The translations under genes and the position numbers were made by a program. From the NCBI GenBank assembly GCA_951406725.2, contig OX597814.1:164920001-164984000 (forward strand): 64,000 bases of DNA, given 5' to 3'. Origin of the DNA: Octopus vulgaris. Its lineage: Eukaryota. Numbering within the stretch: the first letter of the stretch is position 1; every line of letters begins with the position of its first letter. Below are positions 1-14,021 of this stretch, one piece after another. A model generated the notes under the pieces. That model was given only the letters and a program-made list of their open reading frames with translations. It had not been told where the DNA came from and did not search any database.

Positions 1-411
1 AAACACTGGGCGGATCTGGCCTCTGTCTTCAGAGTGCAGAACTAAACATCCAAGAAATAGATCGTTTTTATTGAGTGAAATGCGCAGAGAAGATGTTGTA
101 GCAATGATTTGTTTTCTGTTTTCGTTCAGCTTACGTAGCATCTACCTGTCGAGATTCTATACATTTCAGATTGGTTCAAATTTTGAAAAACAGTTGAAAG
201 ACCAGCGTTAAGTTCTTCTGCAAAATCTTGGGCTCATAGTTTTCGAACAGGGGGTACAGGAGGTGCAAAGGCACTCCCTATTTATTGGGGGAAAGAGTTG
301 AGATGCAATGAATACACTTTGAAATTCCTCTTGAAAACTTCCATCGCCAAACATTTTTGTAAGGTTACTTTTCTAATATTGGATTTATCAGATTTGATTG
401 ATGCACGAAAA

Positions 412-479
<68 letters not shown>

Positions 480-512
480 ATAATGATAATTCCCAACCGA
501 CGCATCTTCGTC

Positions 513-677
513 ATGCCCTGATGCAGTACAACGCAGTGGCTCTCATGGTTACTGCTCTTAACTGATTGGAAGTGTTATCATGTACATTGTTTTGTCTTGG
601 TATAAAAATGGGTTACAGCAAATATTCTGCTCAATACAACAGATTTGCTTTTTAGCTGCTTGGCCTTAACCAGTTGC
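513..677 (+). mobile_element. Truncated, diverged copy (5' part) of the ~560-bp (TAA)n-associated non-coding element
   Basis: ATGCCCTGATGCAGTAC..GCAGTGGCTCTCATGG..CCTTAACCAGTTG matches 25121-25285; follows a (TAG)n/TAA run at 412-490. Confidence 0.85.
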
Positions 678-1177
678 TTATACTTGCTTTGATCTTAAGA
701 TTGAAAAACAAATTGACCTTGCTTTGAGCCTGGGTTTGCACCCACTAATCCAATTTAGTTCCCGCCGCTATGCTCGACTTGTTTTGCATGCATCCGCTTT
801 AATATTGTACCTCAACTAAGTTTTGACTCATCAGGTCTTCCGTGATCTTTCTCATTTCTAAGTTTCACGTCTTCCCTACGAAATTTGTAGAAGTAACCTC
901 AGTAGTAAGTTTGTCCGCACACCCCTTGTAAAATGATTGGTCGATATATTACGAACCGTTTCCGTTTCTATGTTCCAATTTGGTTTCATAGAATAAAATC
1001 GCTCAAATTATCTTTTACTTACCCTTAAATTTCATAGCTTAAAATGAAACTAAACTGAGAAAGTGAAACTCAACAAACAGAAAAACCTAATGTTTTACCC
1101 CAAAAGGATATATTATAGAAAATAGCCAAATAAAGGATTATTCTAAAGTAATCATCAAAATTTAAAAATAATAATAC

Positions 1178-1367
1178 TTCTTACTATAAGTACAATGCCT
1201 GAAATTTTGGGGGAGGGGAGGGCTGTTTACATCAACACCAGTGTTAAGTGGTAATTATTTTATCGACGGCGAAAAGCTGAAAGGCAAAGTTGACCCCGGC
1301 AAAATTTGAACTCAGAACATAAAGACGGACGAAATGCCGTAAAGCATTCTACCAACTCACCTGCCTT
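1178..1367 (-). mobile_element. tRNA-derived SINE, family A (diverged)
   Basis: Shares GAAAGGCAAAGTTGACC..AATTTGAACTCAGAAC core with 27218-27447. Confidence 0.75.
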
Positions 1368-1588
1368 TAAATTTTTAAATAATAATAAAATTACAATTAT
1401 TGCTATTGCGCTCATGCACACACATTCACACACTCACACGCACACACATATATACATACACGTACAATTGTATATATGTGACATATATATGTGTGCATGC
1501 ATGTATAAGCATACGCGTACATTCACGCATGCATGCACACATGCGCACACACTCACACACAGATTCAAACATACATACACACTCACAT

Positions 1589-1633
<45 letters not shown>

Positions 1634-2139
1634 AATATCAGGCAAGACACACAATATCTTATATCATATATTGATATAACGACTTCAAACTGACTTCAGC
1701 CAGATGTTATACGAAGTAATAAATAAATAAATAAATAAATAAATAAATGTAAATTATGCCGAGCTAGTTGCTATGGTTACCTTAGTGCATTTTCGTCATT
1801 TGAGCTGACGGGTTATAATCTGATAATTATCTTTAGTTTAAGAAAGTGATAAGCGTTTGCAATACAAGACATCTATTGCGTTCCCCTTTCGGTAACAATT
1901 GTCATTGTTCTTGCTGCAATTGTTCGTCTTGACCAGATCTCTCGTGTTTTTATTTTGTTTTGCTGTCAATAATAATGATGATGGTGGTGATGGTGGTGTT
2001 GATCATCGTCCTCATCATCGTCGTCGTCGTCATTCGTCATCATCATCATCTTCATCGTTACCGTCATCATCTTCACTGCTACCCTCGCCACAGTCATCAC
2101 TACAATAGTCACCACCACCACAACAACCACCACCATTGC

Positions 2140-2380
2140 TGTAATCATCATCATCATCATCCTCATCATCATCATCATCATCATCATTTTCTTCTTCTTC
2201 TTCTTCTTCTTCTTCTTCTTCTTCTTCTTCTTTGTCATCATCATCATCATCATTTTCTTCATCATTATCATCATCTTCTTCTTCTTCTTTGTCATCATCA
2301 TCATCATCATCTTCAACATCATCATCATCTTCATCATCATCATCTTCATCATCATAATCATCATCATCATCATCATCTTC

Positions 2381-2446
<66 letters not shown>

Positions 2447-2500
2447 TTCTTCTTCTTCTTCTTCTTCTTCTTCTTCTTCTTCTTCTTCTTCTTCTTCTCC
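2140..2500. repeat. Compound (CAT)n/(CTT)n microsatellite
   Basis: Directly visible; source of poly-His/Leu ORF artefacts. Confidence 0.95.
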
Positions 2501-3199
2501 GTCTTCTCTTCCTCCTTTTTCTTCTCTTTACCTTCCATCCCATTCTGCTTTATGAACATTATGAATCTCTTTTCTTCCTTTTTGTTACATCATTATCTTT
2601 CGACAGTTTTAATCAGCTAATTATCGTGAAAGTAACGATTATAAATAAACGATTATTCCTATCATCATTATTCTGTCGGAAAATATAGCCTCGGCCATTC
2701 ATCTCCTCGGGTGTCGATAGAATAATTAGATATTAATGAACTTCCCTTCATTCAGTCACTTATGGACCTTTCTTGATTCAAAAGCTCATCAATCTATATT
2801 ATCGCCACTTTATCACTTTTTACTTTTTCTCTTAATGTGCTATTTTTGAAGTCCTTTTGTAGACATTGCAACTTCCTTTTGAATCCTTCTTTCACAGCTC
2901 CAAGGATAACGAAGTTTTGTTTCAAATGTAACGAGAGATACAGCTCCAGTGTTATCAACAATTATCCTGAAACGAGTGGAGCACGAACGTTAAACTCCAA
3001 ACAATAGAATCGAAGCGCCGTTATAGATTTAGTTATATTTTTATGGGCAGTCAACATCATTTGTTTCATTATAATTACGTATCTCTGACAAACAAAACTG
3101 CGTAAGTTCAATTCTGTAAGCAGGAGTATACTTCATTGTATAAGAACCGCCTTTTTATATATGTTGAAAAGCAAAGCTTGCAATTCGATATATATAAAA

Positions 3200-3360
3200 A
3201 CAGTGGCTGTGTGGTAAGAATTTTGATTCCCAGTCACATGTTTCTGGTTTCAGTCTCGTCTCACTTTCTGACACCATGGCAGATGTCTTCTACTAAAGCC
3301 TCGAGTCGACTGAATCCTTGTAAGTGGATTTGGTAGACGAAACCTGAAAAAAGAGCATCT
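3200..3360 (+). mobile_element. tRNA-derived SINE, family B
   Basis: A-box-like TGGCTGTGTGGT and tail GTGGATTTGGTAGACG shared with 3522-3685, 16985-17130, 49783-49935. Confidence 0.7.
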
Positions 3361-3415
<55 letters not shown>

Positions 3416-3452
3416 GTATGTGTGCGTGTGTGTGTGTGTATACACATATATG

Positions 3453-3505
<53 letters not shown>

Positions 3506-3521
3506 ATGTGTGTGAGTGTAG

Positions 3522-3685
3522 CCGCAGACGTGGCTGGTTAGTAAGAAGCTTGCTTCTCAACCACATGGTTCCGGATTCAGTCCCACTGCATGGCACCTTG
3601 GGTAAATGTATTCTACTATTGCCTCAGGCGAACCAAAGCCTTGTGAATGGATTTGGTAGACGGACACTGAAAGAAGCCCGTCGTG

Positions 3686-3724
<39 letters not shown>

Positions 3725-3942
3725 ATGTGCGCCTTTGTATCTGTTTTCCACCCCACTATTGTTTGACAACCGATTTTGGTGGGTTTATGCCCCCGTATCT
3801 TATCGGTTCGGCAAAAGAGACCGATAGGATAAGTACTAGGCTTACAAAGAATAAATCCTGGGGGCGATTTCTCGACTAAAGACGGTGCACCAACATGGAC
3901 GCATTCAAATACCTGAAACAAGAAAACGATTGAAAGAGTAAA

Positions 3943-3945
<3 letters not shown>
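3522..3945 (+). mobile_element. Family B SINE plus (TA)/(TG) spacer and downstream repeat module
   Basis: tRNA head with A/B boxes and CACCTTGGGTAAATG CORE-like segment; the 3725-3945 module recurs at 60722-60930 and, inverted, near 30690-30880. Confidence 0.75.
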
Positions 3946-4018
<73 letters not shown>

Positions 4019-4023
<5 letters not shown>

Positions 4024-4795
4024 GCGACTCCAAGTCATCAATGTCACTCGGCCTAATCACAGATTTCTCATAAAACACATGTTCACTCGTAGTATTTCAC
4101 GTGTTTCTGCAATATTTCTGGCCTCAAATGGCTTATTTCTTATATCTAGCATTATGTCTTTCTCCATTTCTAAGTTAAAGGTAAAAATAAAGCAACTCTG
4201 CAAAACACAACTGATCTTTACACACAGACGTACAGAATAACAGCAATCAAATAACGACAGCGGCATGCACAACAAACATCAGCGATCAGATTGTCACCTG
4301 TACTATTGACAAGAGATGCCAGTCAGTCTTTTACACCTACCAGGTTCGTTCGTATTAGCCCGAGTTGCTGGATAATTTTTTGTTCCTTTAAGAATATTGT
4401 AGAACGGAAACTTTTCATAGGTTGGAGTTTAAATCTTAATCTCTATAGAAATTTATTGTTTCAAGAAAACATTGAATCTGAATTACTTTTAGATTATAGA
4501 TAGCAACCCGGTCTGTAACTTCTGAGCCCCCTTTGGGTGCGTGTGAACGATGTCGAGAGAACGTCTGCTACGAATGATATCTTTTGACGTAGGGCACTTC
4601 TAAGACAATTGCCAGAGGCTGAACGAACATAAATGAACTGCGACCATGTTCAATAAAAGGAACTCGAGTTATGGGCTCAATTACATACTTGAAATCAATA
4701 GTGGCAGAAAATAAATCAGCATACAAATACACGTTCACTTTACTGAATTTATACTCGGGCTAAACCCGAACAGCCGAGTGCCATAGTTGCCACTG
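4019..4795. mobile_element. hAT-like non-autonomous DNA transposon in (TA)n
   Basis: Imperfect TIRs CAGAGGCGACT..ATGTCACTCGGC versus revcomp CAGTGGCAACTATGGCACTCGGC; 8-bp flanks ATATATAT / ATGTATAT. Confidence 0.55.
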
Positions 4796-4853
4796 ATGTA
4801 TATATATTTATACACACACGCACACACAAAACACACACACACACATATATATG

Positions 4854-4901
<48 letters not shown>

Positions 4902-5112
4902 TAGAGGGAAACCACTTTGTGGACACCCTTATGCTAGAAATAGATCCGCTGTGGTCTTATCACTAAGAAATAAGGATTATTCGCATACATGTTTCACTAT
5001 CAACGTATTACGTAATTTTACTTACATAAATGCGACCGTCCAGATGAATATAATTTGTCGGACTGCATACTAGGATGTCCGCACAAAGTCAGATTTGTAA
5101 AACAGTCCTATC

Positions 5113-5144
<32 letters not shown>

Positions 5145-5175
5145 CAATAAATGGTGGGGTTGTGTTGACTGCACG

Positions 5176-7266
5176 TGGAGAAATGATAAATGATTCATTG
5201 ATCAAAAACAAAAGTAACTTCCTACTATCAAAAGGAAGAAATAAAGCACTGGACGATTTTTGCAAGCACATCCAGAGTCTCCCCTTTACCCCAGGCAAAA
5301 CCAAGGTAAAATCCAATTTCAGTAGGGAAGAATGGAAAAACCTACGTGACCTACAACTGGACAAAAACCTTACCATCAAAGAAGCCGACAAAGGGAGCGC
5401 TGTGGTTCTTATGGACACGGAGTTTTATAAACACCTAGTGCTTTCCATGCTAAACAACAACACTTTCTATGAGGTTATTAACAACTATAAACAACCAAAA
5501 ACAATCAAAAACCTCATCACACTCATACTCCAACACGGTCAGGGACTCACAGAAAAAGAAAGGGATTATATCACCAATTTCAAATGCAAACCTAGCCTTT
5601 TTTATGGCCTTCCTAAAATCCATAAAAACAAATACATCACCGAAGCCTGCAAACTCTCCTCTGACATCCACATCAACATCAAAGCACCGGAGGACCTAAA
5701 ACTAAGGCCCATCGTGGCTGGCACCTCCTGTGAAACACACCGCCTGAGTAATTTCCTAGACATCTTTTTGAAACCTTTCCTTACCCACATCAAAAGTTTC
5801 ATTAGGGATGATCTGGACATGCTCAAACACCTCCCGAAAACAGTTAACGAGGAGGCGCTCCTGGTATCCTTTGATGTTATCAACCTCTACACCAACATCC
5901 CACATAAATATGGTATTGAGGCAATTGATTTCTGGCTAGAAAAACACCCAGAGACATTCCCTGACCGCATTCACAAGACCTTTATTACGGAATCACTCAA
6001 GTTCATTCTGACAAACAATTATTTCCTCTTCGACAACACACACTACCGTCAAAAATGTGGTATTGCGATGGGTACCAAGGCTGCACCAGTCCTTGCGAAC
6101 CTCATAATGGGTTTCTTCGAACTATCACTCTATGAGATATCACGCCAGAAAGTTGGACATGTTTTCCACACCTACCTAATGGAAAACTGGAAAAGGTATT
6201 TGGATGATTGTTTTATCATATGGAAAGAACCTTATGAAAAACTTCTGGAATTCAAAACCATACTGAACAACATACATCCCAACATCAAATTCACTATGGA
6301 ATTAAGAAAACATCATCTCCCTTTCCTTGATCTCCTAATTATAAAAACACCTAAGAACCAAATCATAACAGACAACTACCACAAACCTACAGACTCACAA
6401 CAATACCTACTCTTTAGTTCATGCCACCCAAAAACACACCAAGACAAATATCCCTTTCAACTTAGCTAAAAGGGTATGAACCATTGTCTCGGATCCAAAA
6501 ACTCGAGAAATACGCCTTCAAGACCTCAAAAACACTATTACAACGCCAATATCCCTCCGCCCTTATAGAGTATGGAATAAAACGCGCCAAAGAACTAGAC
6601 AACATTACACTGAAAACCACCCAACCCAACAGCACACACAACCCCAAAATACTTCCATATATTTCCACCCACAACCCCAAAAATATTGAAGCATACACCA
6701 CAATCATACAAAACCTCAGTCTACTTTCAACAGACCCAAGAATGAAAAACATTATAAATACACACATAATCCTCAAATGTAAAAGGCAACACAAATCTTT
6801 AAAAAAACTCTTGACAAATGCCAAACTTCACACACCACATCCACCCCCAGCAGTTAAAAAATGTGCACGCCCAAACTGTGGCACCTGTCCCTTCCTGCTT
6901 TAAGGCTCTGAATTTATCTTCAAACAAGGAACGAAGTTTAAAATCAAAACCAACTTCTCCTGTTCCTCCGAGAACCTTATCTACGTTCTCACATGCTCTG
7001 GTTGCCAACATAATTATGTTGGACAAACGAGCCTCCCGTTACGTAAAAGAGTAGCGGTGCGTAAAGAACAAATAAATCTCCCGGAATACCGGCAAATCCC
7101 ACTGAGTGACCACATAGACTCATGCGCTAAAGACAAATATCCCAATTTCTACATATTCCCCTTCTACCAATGTAAAGACGGAATCATCACACAGGAGCGA
7201 ATTAACAAGGAGAATCTCTTTATTGAAAAATTTAAAACGCATCTTAATATGCAAACTCCTCGTTGA
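5176..7266 (+). pseudogene. PLE reverse transcriptase/GIY-YIG endonuclease pseudogene
   Basis: Motifs ADKG, FYGLPKIHK, LRPI, SFDVINLYTNIP, GIAMG, RYLDD, LPFLD, CARPNCGTC linker, LIY..C..C..YVGQT; frameshifts near 6430 and 6480 and an in-frame TAA at 6901. Confidence 0.92.
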
Positions 7267-7945
7267 TCATACTTCTTTTTTCTACCTCATTCTTCATGGA
7301 TGGACTAACACAAATATATAAGGATACCATGCAGTCATCACTTCAAGCTAAAACTTATATTCTTTATATATTATTATTATTGTTGTTATTATTATTATTA
7401 TTACTATTTTTTATTATATATGACATAACAATCTGAAATGTAATTATAAATTGATTTATGCAAATTCATATAATTAGAAAACAATATAAATAAAGTGTTA
7501 AAATCTGAATGTTAAGTTAGCAAACAATTATGTAAAAAAAGATAATGCAAATGAAGCTAAAATGATAATTTTATAATTTAAGGTTTATTAACACCCTTTA
7601 TTACAAAAAATTGATAAACACAAATTGAAGAGCTTAAAACCCATAGAGTTGTCTCCCCTTATTCACAACACAGGAACTGGACTACTACTACATCCTGTTT
7701 TGCCATTCACTTAAGAGACACCCTTAATTAAATTAAACAACACATGGATTTAATCCCATTGGATCTCAATACTTCGAGGTAATTTTTTCGTGAACTATCA
7801 TTAAACTCAAGATACACAAAGACTTTACAATGTATCGGAGTACCTATTTTTTAATTTTTGTATATATTTATTATTATTCTTTTGCAAAAAACAATGTAAT
7901 TTTCTTTTTTCCCCCTCCTCACTTTTAAAAAAAAATTTTCTTTAC

Positions 7946-7987
7946 AATTCTTGAAAAGTCACATTATGACGAAAACCGGTCTGAATT
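7946..7987 (+). ncRNA. Degenerate minimal type I hammerhead ribozyme in the PLE 3' region
   Basis: AATTC-TTGAAAA-GTCA(catta)TGAC-GAAA-ACCGGT-CT-GAATT: stems I and II plus palindromic loop III; U3/A8 core variant and an irregular cleavage-site register. Confidence 0.55.
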
Positions 7988-8092
7988 AATATATATATAT
8001 TTTATCAATTTTTCAAAAATTTTTCCATACACCCATTTTCATTAAAATTTTCTTTCAATTTAGCATTCTGCCTTTTTACAATTTTTCCTTGC

Positions 8093-8133
<41 letters not shown>

Positions 8134-8166
8134 GTATATATGTATGTATGTATGTATGTTTGTATG

Positions 8167-8199
<33 letters not shown>

Positions 8200-8206
<7 letters not shown>

Positions 8207-8686
8207 TGTGTGTTAATGTTATGATTTTACATTCAACTGAAAAATTACTCATTACTTTTGGTAGCGTGGAAATTTATATTATGGTTAATGTTAACAACTT
8301 GATCCGGAAACGAATATCCGACAAAAATAGTGCAACAGAAAAAATTACTGCAATATACCTTAAAAAATGTGTAGGGAAGGAATAGGGAAAAATGCGCGCA
8401 AAACAACGGGAAGATGGGGAGAGGACCTCGGAAAATTCACAAGGTCCGAATTTTACCCTCATAACTTTTAGGAAAATGGGCTTTTTTTCAGTGAAACCTT
8501 ATATAAATACCTTTCAAACGGGATACATTACGATTATAAAAAAATTTGTAGGGAAAATCGTAAGATGGGGAGAGGACTTTCGGAAGATTCTCAAGATACG
8601 AATTTTTCCTCGTTATATTCCGAAATCGTATTCAACTTTCTACAGATACCCTAGCGTAGTACTACTACACTACGCAGTGTAATTTT
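8200..8686 (+). mobile_element. Possible Helentron/HINE-like repeat
   Basis: Internal direct repeat AAGATGGGGAGAGGAC, 3' hairpin GCGTAGT..ACTACGC followed by AGTGTAATTTTT. Confidence 0.3.
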
Positions 8687-8947
8687 TAATGTTTTGACTT
8701 CAATTTTGTTTCATTTTGTCTTCAAATATTTTTAGGCATTTTTAACCCTTCCGTCGTTATTCTCCTTCACTCATTATTACTTTCTCTCTCTCTCTCTCTC
8801 GCTCTCTCTATATATATCTACTTATCTATCTATATATAAATAGAGATAGATACATATTATAAATATATATACATATATTATATACATTCATCTATATATA
8901 TATACATATATATATATATATACACACATATATACACACATCATTTT

Positions 8948-9345
8948 CGTCGTCGTTTAACGTCCGCTTTCCATGCTGGCATAGGTTGGTCGGTTTGACT
9001 GAGAGTTGGCGGGTCAGAAGACTGCACCAGGCTCCAATCTGATCTGGCAGGGTTTCTACAGCTGGATGCCCTTCCTAACGCCAACCACTCCGAGAGTGTA
9101 GTGAGTGCTTTTTACGTGCCACCGGCTCGAGAGCCAGTCAGGCGGTACTGGCATCGACTACGCTCAAATGATGCTTCTTACGTGCCACCTGCACAGGAGC
9201 CTGTCAGGCGGCACTGGCAACGACCTCGCTCGAATGGTGTATTTTTACGTGTCACCGGCACAGGAGCCAGTCAGGCGACGCTGGCAACAATCTTGCTCAA
9301 ATGGTGCTTTTGACATGTCACTGGCACAGATGCCAATCAGACCGT
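8948..9345. repeat. Interspersed repeat with ~67-bp GC-rich tandem units (about 3.5 copies, 9105-9345)
   Basis: Units begin TTTACGTG(C/T)CACC(G/T)GC..GAGCC(A/T)GTCAGGCG. Confidence 0.75.
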
Positions 9346-9357
9346 GCTGTCATCGGC

Positions 9358-9600
9358 CACAAACAGAAAAACTTTATGGTCAACAAATGAAAAATATGCA
9401 GACACAATACCTGGACTATCACTTCAGATTTATACCTGCAATTAGTAGGGCACCTGATTACATGACTAACTACCTGAGCAACACTCTTAAAAAGCTGGGT
9501 TTCACAAAACAATAACAAACAAACAAAGCTAATTAGAAACGTAACAATTACAAGCCATAAATGGAATTATAAAAAATACGTAAAATATTGTAAAACTTTA
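9358..9600 (+). pseudogene. Decayed C-terminal fragment of an RLE-type non-LTR retrotransposon
   Basis: EKLYGQQMKNMQTQYLDYHFRFIP..LKKLGF resembles 43935-44100 ENTYAEQMRNLQVLYPNYKFRFIP..LKKLGF. Confidence 0.65.
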
Positions 9601-10017
9601 GTTTGTAGCATGTGGATATATATACCGACATACTACAGATTGTAGATATAAGCTACGGACAGCTCAAAACCTATAAATTGGCGCACATTGCTATGCCTGT
9701 CAACAAACATACGTGCACACACACATACATGAGTGGAGATATACAGACACACAAGACCAATGAAAGAGACTAGGTTCTGGGCTGCAGACAGTCTTATTAT
9801 TGGAGAGCAATTCAATAAATAAACCAGAAGAATATGCATAAAATACATGTTTGATAAAAACGAGTGACCACATGTGAATACACACTCATATTTCATACAT
9901 GTACACACATTTGATAAAAGCCTCTTTTAAATGAACAAGTTGACAAATTCTATAATTTTAAATCAATCCACCTGTGTTCTGTCATAAAATCAATACTTCT
10001 CTTGGTTAATTTATACC

Positions 10018-10054
<37 letters not shown>

Positions 10055-10068
10055 AACACACACACACA

Positions 10069-10107
<39 letters not shown>

Positions 10108-10744
10108 GCGTTTTAATGGTTCAGCATCAACATCACTACTACCACAATAATAATTCCAATGATAATAATTCCATTTCCATTACAATCATCAGTTATAATG
10201 AAAGTACATCAAAGGTAAATTGATGTGAACCTGGTCTTGTGGGTTAAAATGCATTGCTTTGTTATCACGAGGTCCTGAGTTCAATCTTGCTAGCCCTGCA
10301 CCTCATCATGTCTTCTACCATGATATAAAGTCTATTCAAGCCTTGTAAGATGGAAACTGTGTTGAAGATTGTTGGAAGGATTTTGGCTGTACCTTGTTAT
10401 GGATGGGAGACATACTCTGTCTGTTGGTCTTTGGGTATCGCTACCACAGGATGCCCAGTTGCAAATATTTGGAACCAGTCTAATATTTGGAACCAGTCTA
10501 AGAAGAACTCAATATAAAGGTAGAATGCAACTCATGATTTGTAGGTTCTTCTACTTGTGTCCGACCATCAATCTTGGAAGTCTTCCCATTGAAGGTATCG
10601 ACCCTTTCTCCTCAGACCATTTCATATTATCATCGTCATTATCGTGCAGGTGTGATGCCTAATTGTCTTCTACTCTAGCCCTGGGCTGAACAAGATCTTG
10701 TCAGTAGATCTGGTAAACGGAAACCGAAAAGAAGCTCATCATAC

Positions 10745-10795
<51 letters not shown>

Positions 10796-10876
10796 GTTTG
10801 TGAGTGTGCGTTGGTTCTGTCACTTTTCTCTTGACATTGCAAGCTAAGAGTAAACTAAATATTATTGTTATACAAG

Positions 10877-11646
<770 letters not shown>

Positions 11647-11693
11647 AGTGGTCATGGTCGTAGCAGTGGAAGTAATACCTCTAAGTATTATTA

Positions 11694-14021
11694 TTATTGC
11701 TTATTTAGCTTGGGTTCGAATTTATCAATAAAATTCTTTTCTCTGATTTTCCTCTCGATTTCACTTGGGCTGTGTAATTTGTAGAATGGAAATATTATAT
11801 ATATTTTCCGACCACATGTTGCTAGGTGGTTACTCAAAGGTATCTGACGGACCTCTGGGTCTCTAATCTGTTGCCGGTGTACACGTGAGCGTTCTAATAG
11901 TGCGTTTCCCGTCTGACCTACATATATTTCTTCACAATTTGGGCATTTGATGCAGTAAATTAAATTTCTGCTTTTGCAGTTCATATTCGCGTTTGTGAAT
12001 ATTTTCCCGGTTTTTGTGTTTATATATTGACCGGTATGTATGAATTGGCATGTGCCACATCGGCTATCATTGCATTTAGATACCGTGAATGTTTGGTCTT
12101 TGTTGCTGAGGTCAAATTTTGCCTTTGTTAGTAATGTTTTCAAGTTTTTAGGCTGTCTTTTACTAAGCACCATAGCTCGATCCTTGATTATGTCTTTTAA
12201 TTCATTACTTTGGGCAATGATTGGTAGGTTTGCTTTGGCAATGTTGAAGATATTCTGGTGACATGGGTTGTGTGTCACTATGAATGGTATGACTTGTTCT
12301 TGTTTTCCTCTTCCTTGGGTTGTCCTAAGTTGTTGTATAGGTATTTTTATAGCCCGCTGTATGCCATTTTCTATAAGTAGAGATGGGTATTTTTGTTTGA
12401 GCAAAAATTCTCTTAGTTCTATTAGGCGTTTGTTCCTGATATTTGCATCTTCTACAATAGTACAAATTCTTCTGGCTAGGCAGTATGGGATGTTACGTTT
12501 TGTATGTGGTGGATGGCACGACTTAAAATTTAGGTATTGATGTGTGTCTGTGTGTTTATAGTATATATCTGTGGTGATGGTGGTGTCTTTTTTAATTACC
12601 ATTATATCCAGGAATGGTAATTTGGTACTACTCATCTCCTTTGTAAATTTGAGAGATGGGTGTAGGTTGTTCAGGAGGATATTGAACTCTTCCAGAGTAT
12701 TTAGAGATTCTGTCCAGATTATGAAACAGTCGTCTAGGTATCTCTTCCATGCCTTTTCAATATACTTTCTAAATCCAGTGCCATAGTTTACCTCCACCTC
12801 TTGGTAGAGTTGTTCTTCTAAGTATCCCATTACAGAGTTGGCGTAAACGGGAGCAAACCTCGTTCCCATCGCCGTGCCTCTAATTTGGATGTAATTCTTT
12901 CCATTGAAGAAGAATGTGTTATTTTCTAGAATAAGTTTGACTGTGTCTAATATAAATGGCACTGTGAATCTGCTGGGAATCACTTCTCTATGTTTTTCTA
13001 ACCAGTATTTAATCGCCTTTATTCCTAAATCGTGTGGAATATTGGTGTAGAGGCTTACCACATCAAAACTTAGTAAAACTGAATTTGTTTCTGTTGTTTT
13101 GGGAAGATGGGACAGGAAGTCGATGTCATCCCTGATGAAACTTGGTATGTAAGTACATAGTGGTTTCAAAACAATGTCAATAAAATTGCTTAGACGGTGT
13201 GTAGGGCATGCTGGACCAGCTATAATAGGTCTAAGTTTTAGGTCTTTTGGATGTAATAATTTTATGTACTCACTTTCTTGTTCTTTTACTGCCTGTTGAA
13301 TGTTTTTTGATTTGTGTATTTTTGGTAAGCCGTAGAAGTTGCTGGGTTTTGGTTCAAAATTGGTGATGTAGTCTTTTTCATTATCCGTAAGTGAGTTGTG
13401 GTGTGTTGAAATCAGGTTGTTGATCTTTTTCATGATGTGGTGGTCTATATTTGCGGGTATTTCACAATAGAAGGTTGTATCCTTCAGTTGGTCTTCAACC
13501 AAATCCTTATAGTATTCGGTATCCATAATAACAATTGCACCACCTTTATCTGCTTGTTTAATTATTATTGTTTGATCGTTTTGTATACGTTTACATGCAG
13601 ACATCTCTGATTTGCTAATGTTTGGCCTAACATTGGTATTGCGTCTAAGGGGAAATTTAGACAGGATATCAATGTATTGGTCAAGGTAGTTATTTCTTCC
13701 TTTTGGTGGGGTGAAATTTGATTTATTCCTTACTAGGGATTCATCAATCTCATTACTTTTGTTAGCGAAGAATTCTACAAGTCGTAATTTTCGACAGAAT
13801 TTTTGGATATCCTCCTTTAATTCTTGGTGGTTGGCTGTTGGTGTAGGTGTGAATTTCAGTCCTTTTGACAGAAGTTGGATTTCATCATTGTCAAGATCTC
13901 TTTTTGATAAATTAATTATTTTAGGATCTATACGTTCAGTTGTTTGGGGTATGTTTCCTCTTGGATTTTTTCTTTCTCCGGTGTTTGTTGTCCTGACGTA
14001 AAAAAATGGATTTTTTTCTGG
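11694..14021 (-). CDS. PLE RT + GIY-YIG endonuclease (ORF2); the frame is open 139 codons upstream of the first ATG at 13604
   Basis: Manual translation upstream gives the PLE N-terminal motif KIINLSKRDL..EIQLLSKGLKFTPTP; then ADKG, YGLPKIHK, GTAMG, RYLDD, CNDSRCGTC linker, LIYCIKCPNC..YVGQT. Confidence 0.93.
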   Translation of the reverse strand, partial: PEKNPFFYVRTTNTGERKNPRGNIPQTTERIDPKIINLSKRDLDNDEIQLLSKGLKFTPTPTANHQELKEDIQKFCRKLRLVEFFANKSNEIDESLVRNKSNFTPPKGRNNYLDQYIDILSKFPLRRNTNVRPNISKSEMSACKRIQNDQTIIIKQADKGGAIVIMDTEYYKDLVEDQLKDTTFYCEIPANIDHHIMKKINNLISTHHNSLTDNEKDYITNFEPKPSNFYGLPKIHKSKNIQQAVKEQESEYIKLLHPKDLKLRPIIAGPACPTHRLSNFIDIVLKPLCTYIPSFIRDDIDFLSHLPKTTETNSVLLSFDVVSLYTNIPHDLGIKAIKYWLEKHREVIPSRFTVPFILDTVKLILENNTFFFNGKNYIQIRGTAMGTRFAPVYANSVMGYLEEQLYQEVEVNYGTGFRKYIEKAWKRYLDDCFIIWTESLNTLEEFNILLNNLHPSLKFTKEMSSTKLPFLDIMVIKKDTTITTDIYYKHTDTHQYLNFKSCHPPHTKRNIPYCLARRICTIVEDANIRNKRLIELREFLLKQKYPSLLIENGIQRAIKIPIQQLRTTQGRGKQEQVIPFIVTHNPCHQNIFNIAKANLPIIAQSNELKDIIKDRAMVLSKRQPKNLKTLLTKAKFDLSNKDQTFTVSKCNDSRCGTCQFIHTGQYINTKTGKIFTNANMNCKSRNLIYCIKCPNCEEIYVGQTGNALLERSRVHRQQIRDPEVRQIPLSNHLATCGRKIYIIFPFYKLHSPSEIERKIREKNFIDKFEPKLNKQ

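Larger units (their letters stand above)
5143..8092 (+). mobile_element. 5'-truncated, decayed Penelope-like element (Neptune/Nematis-type) inserted in (TA)n
   Basis: RT plus GIY-YIG coding remnant, ~0.8-kb 3' region with a degenerate hammerhead, (TA)n on both sides. Confidence 0.9.

Noticed and set aside
1306-2688. His/Thr, poly-His and poly-Lys/Met ORFs, and similar YI/CV/LSIY ORFs throughout the window
   Set aside because: Translations of (CA)n, (TA)n, (CAT)n and (GATA)n microsatellites
6901-6903. Selenocysteine or readthrough recoding in the first PLE
   Set aside because: The stop is TAA, not TGA, and the copy also has frameshifts
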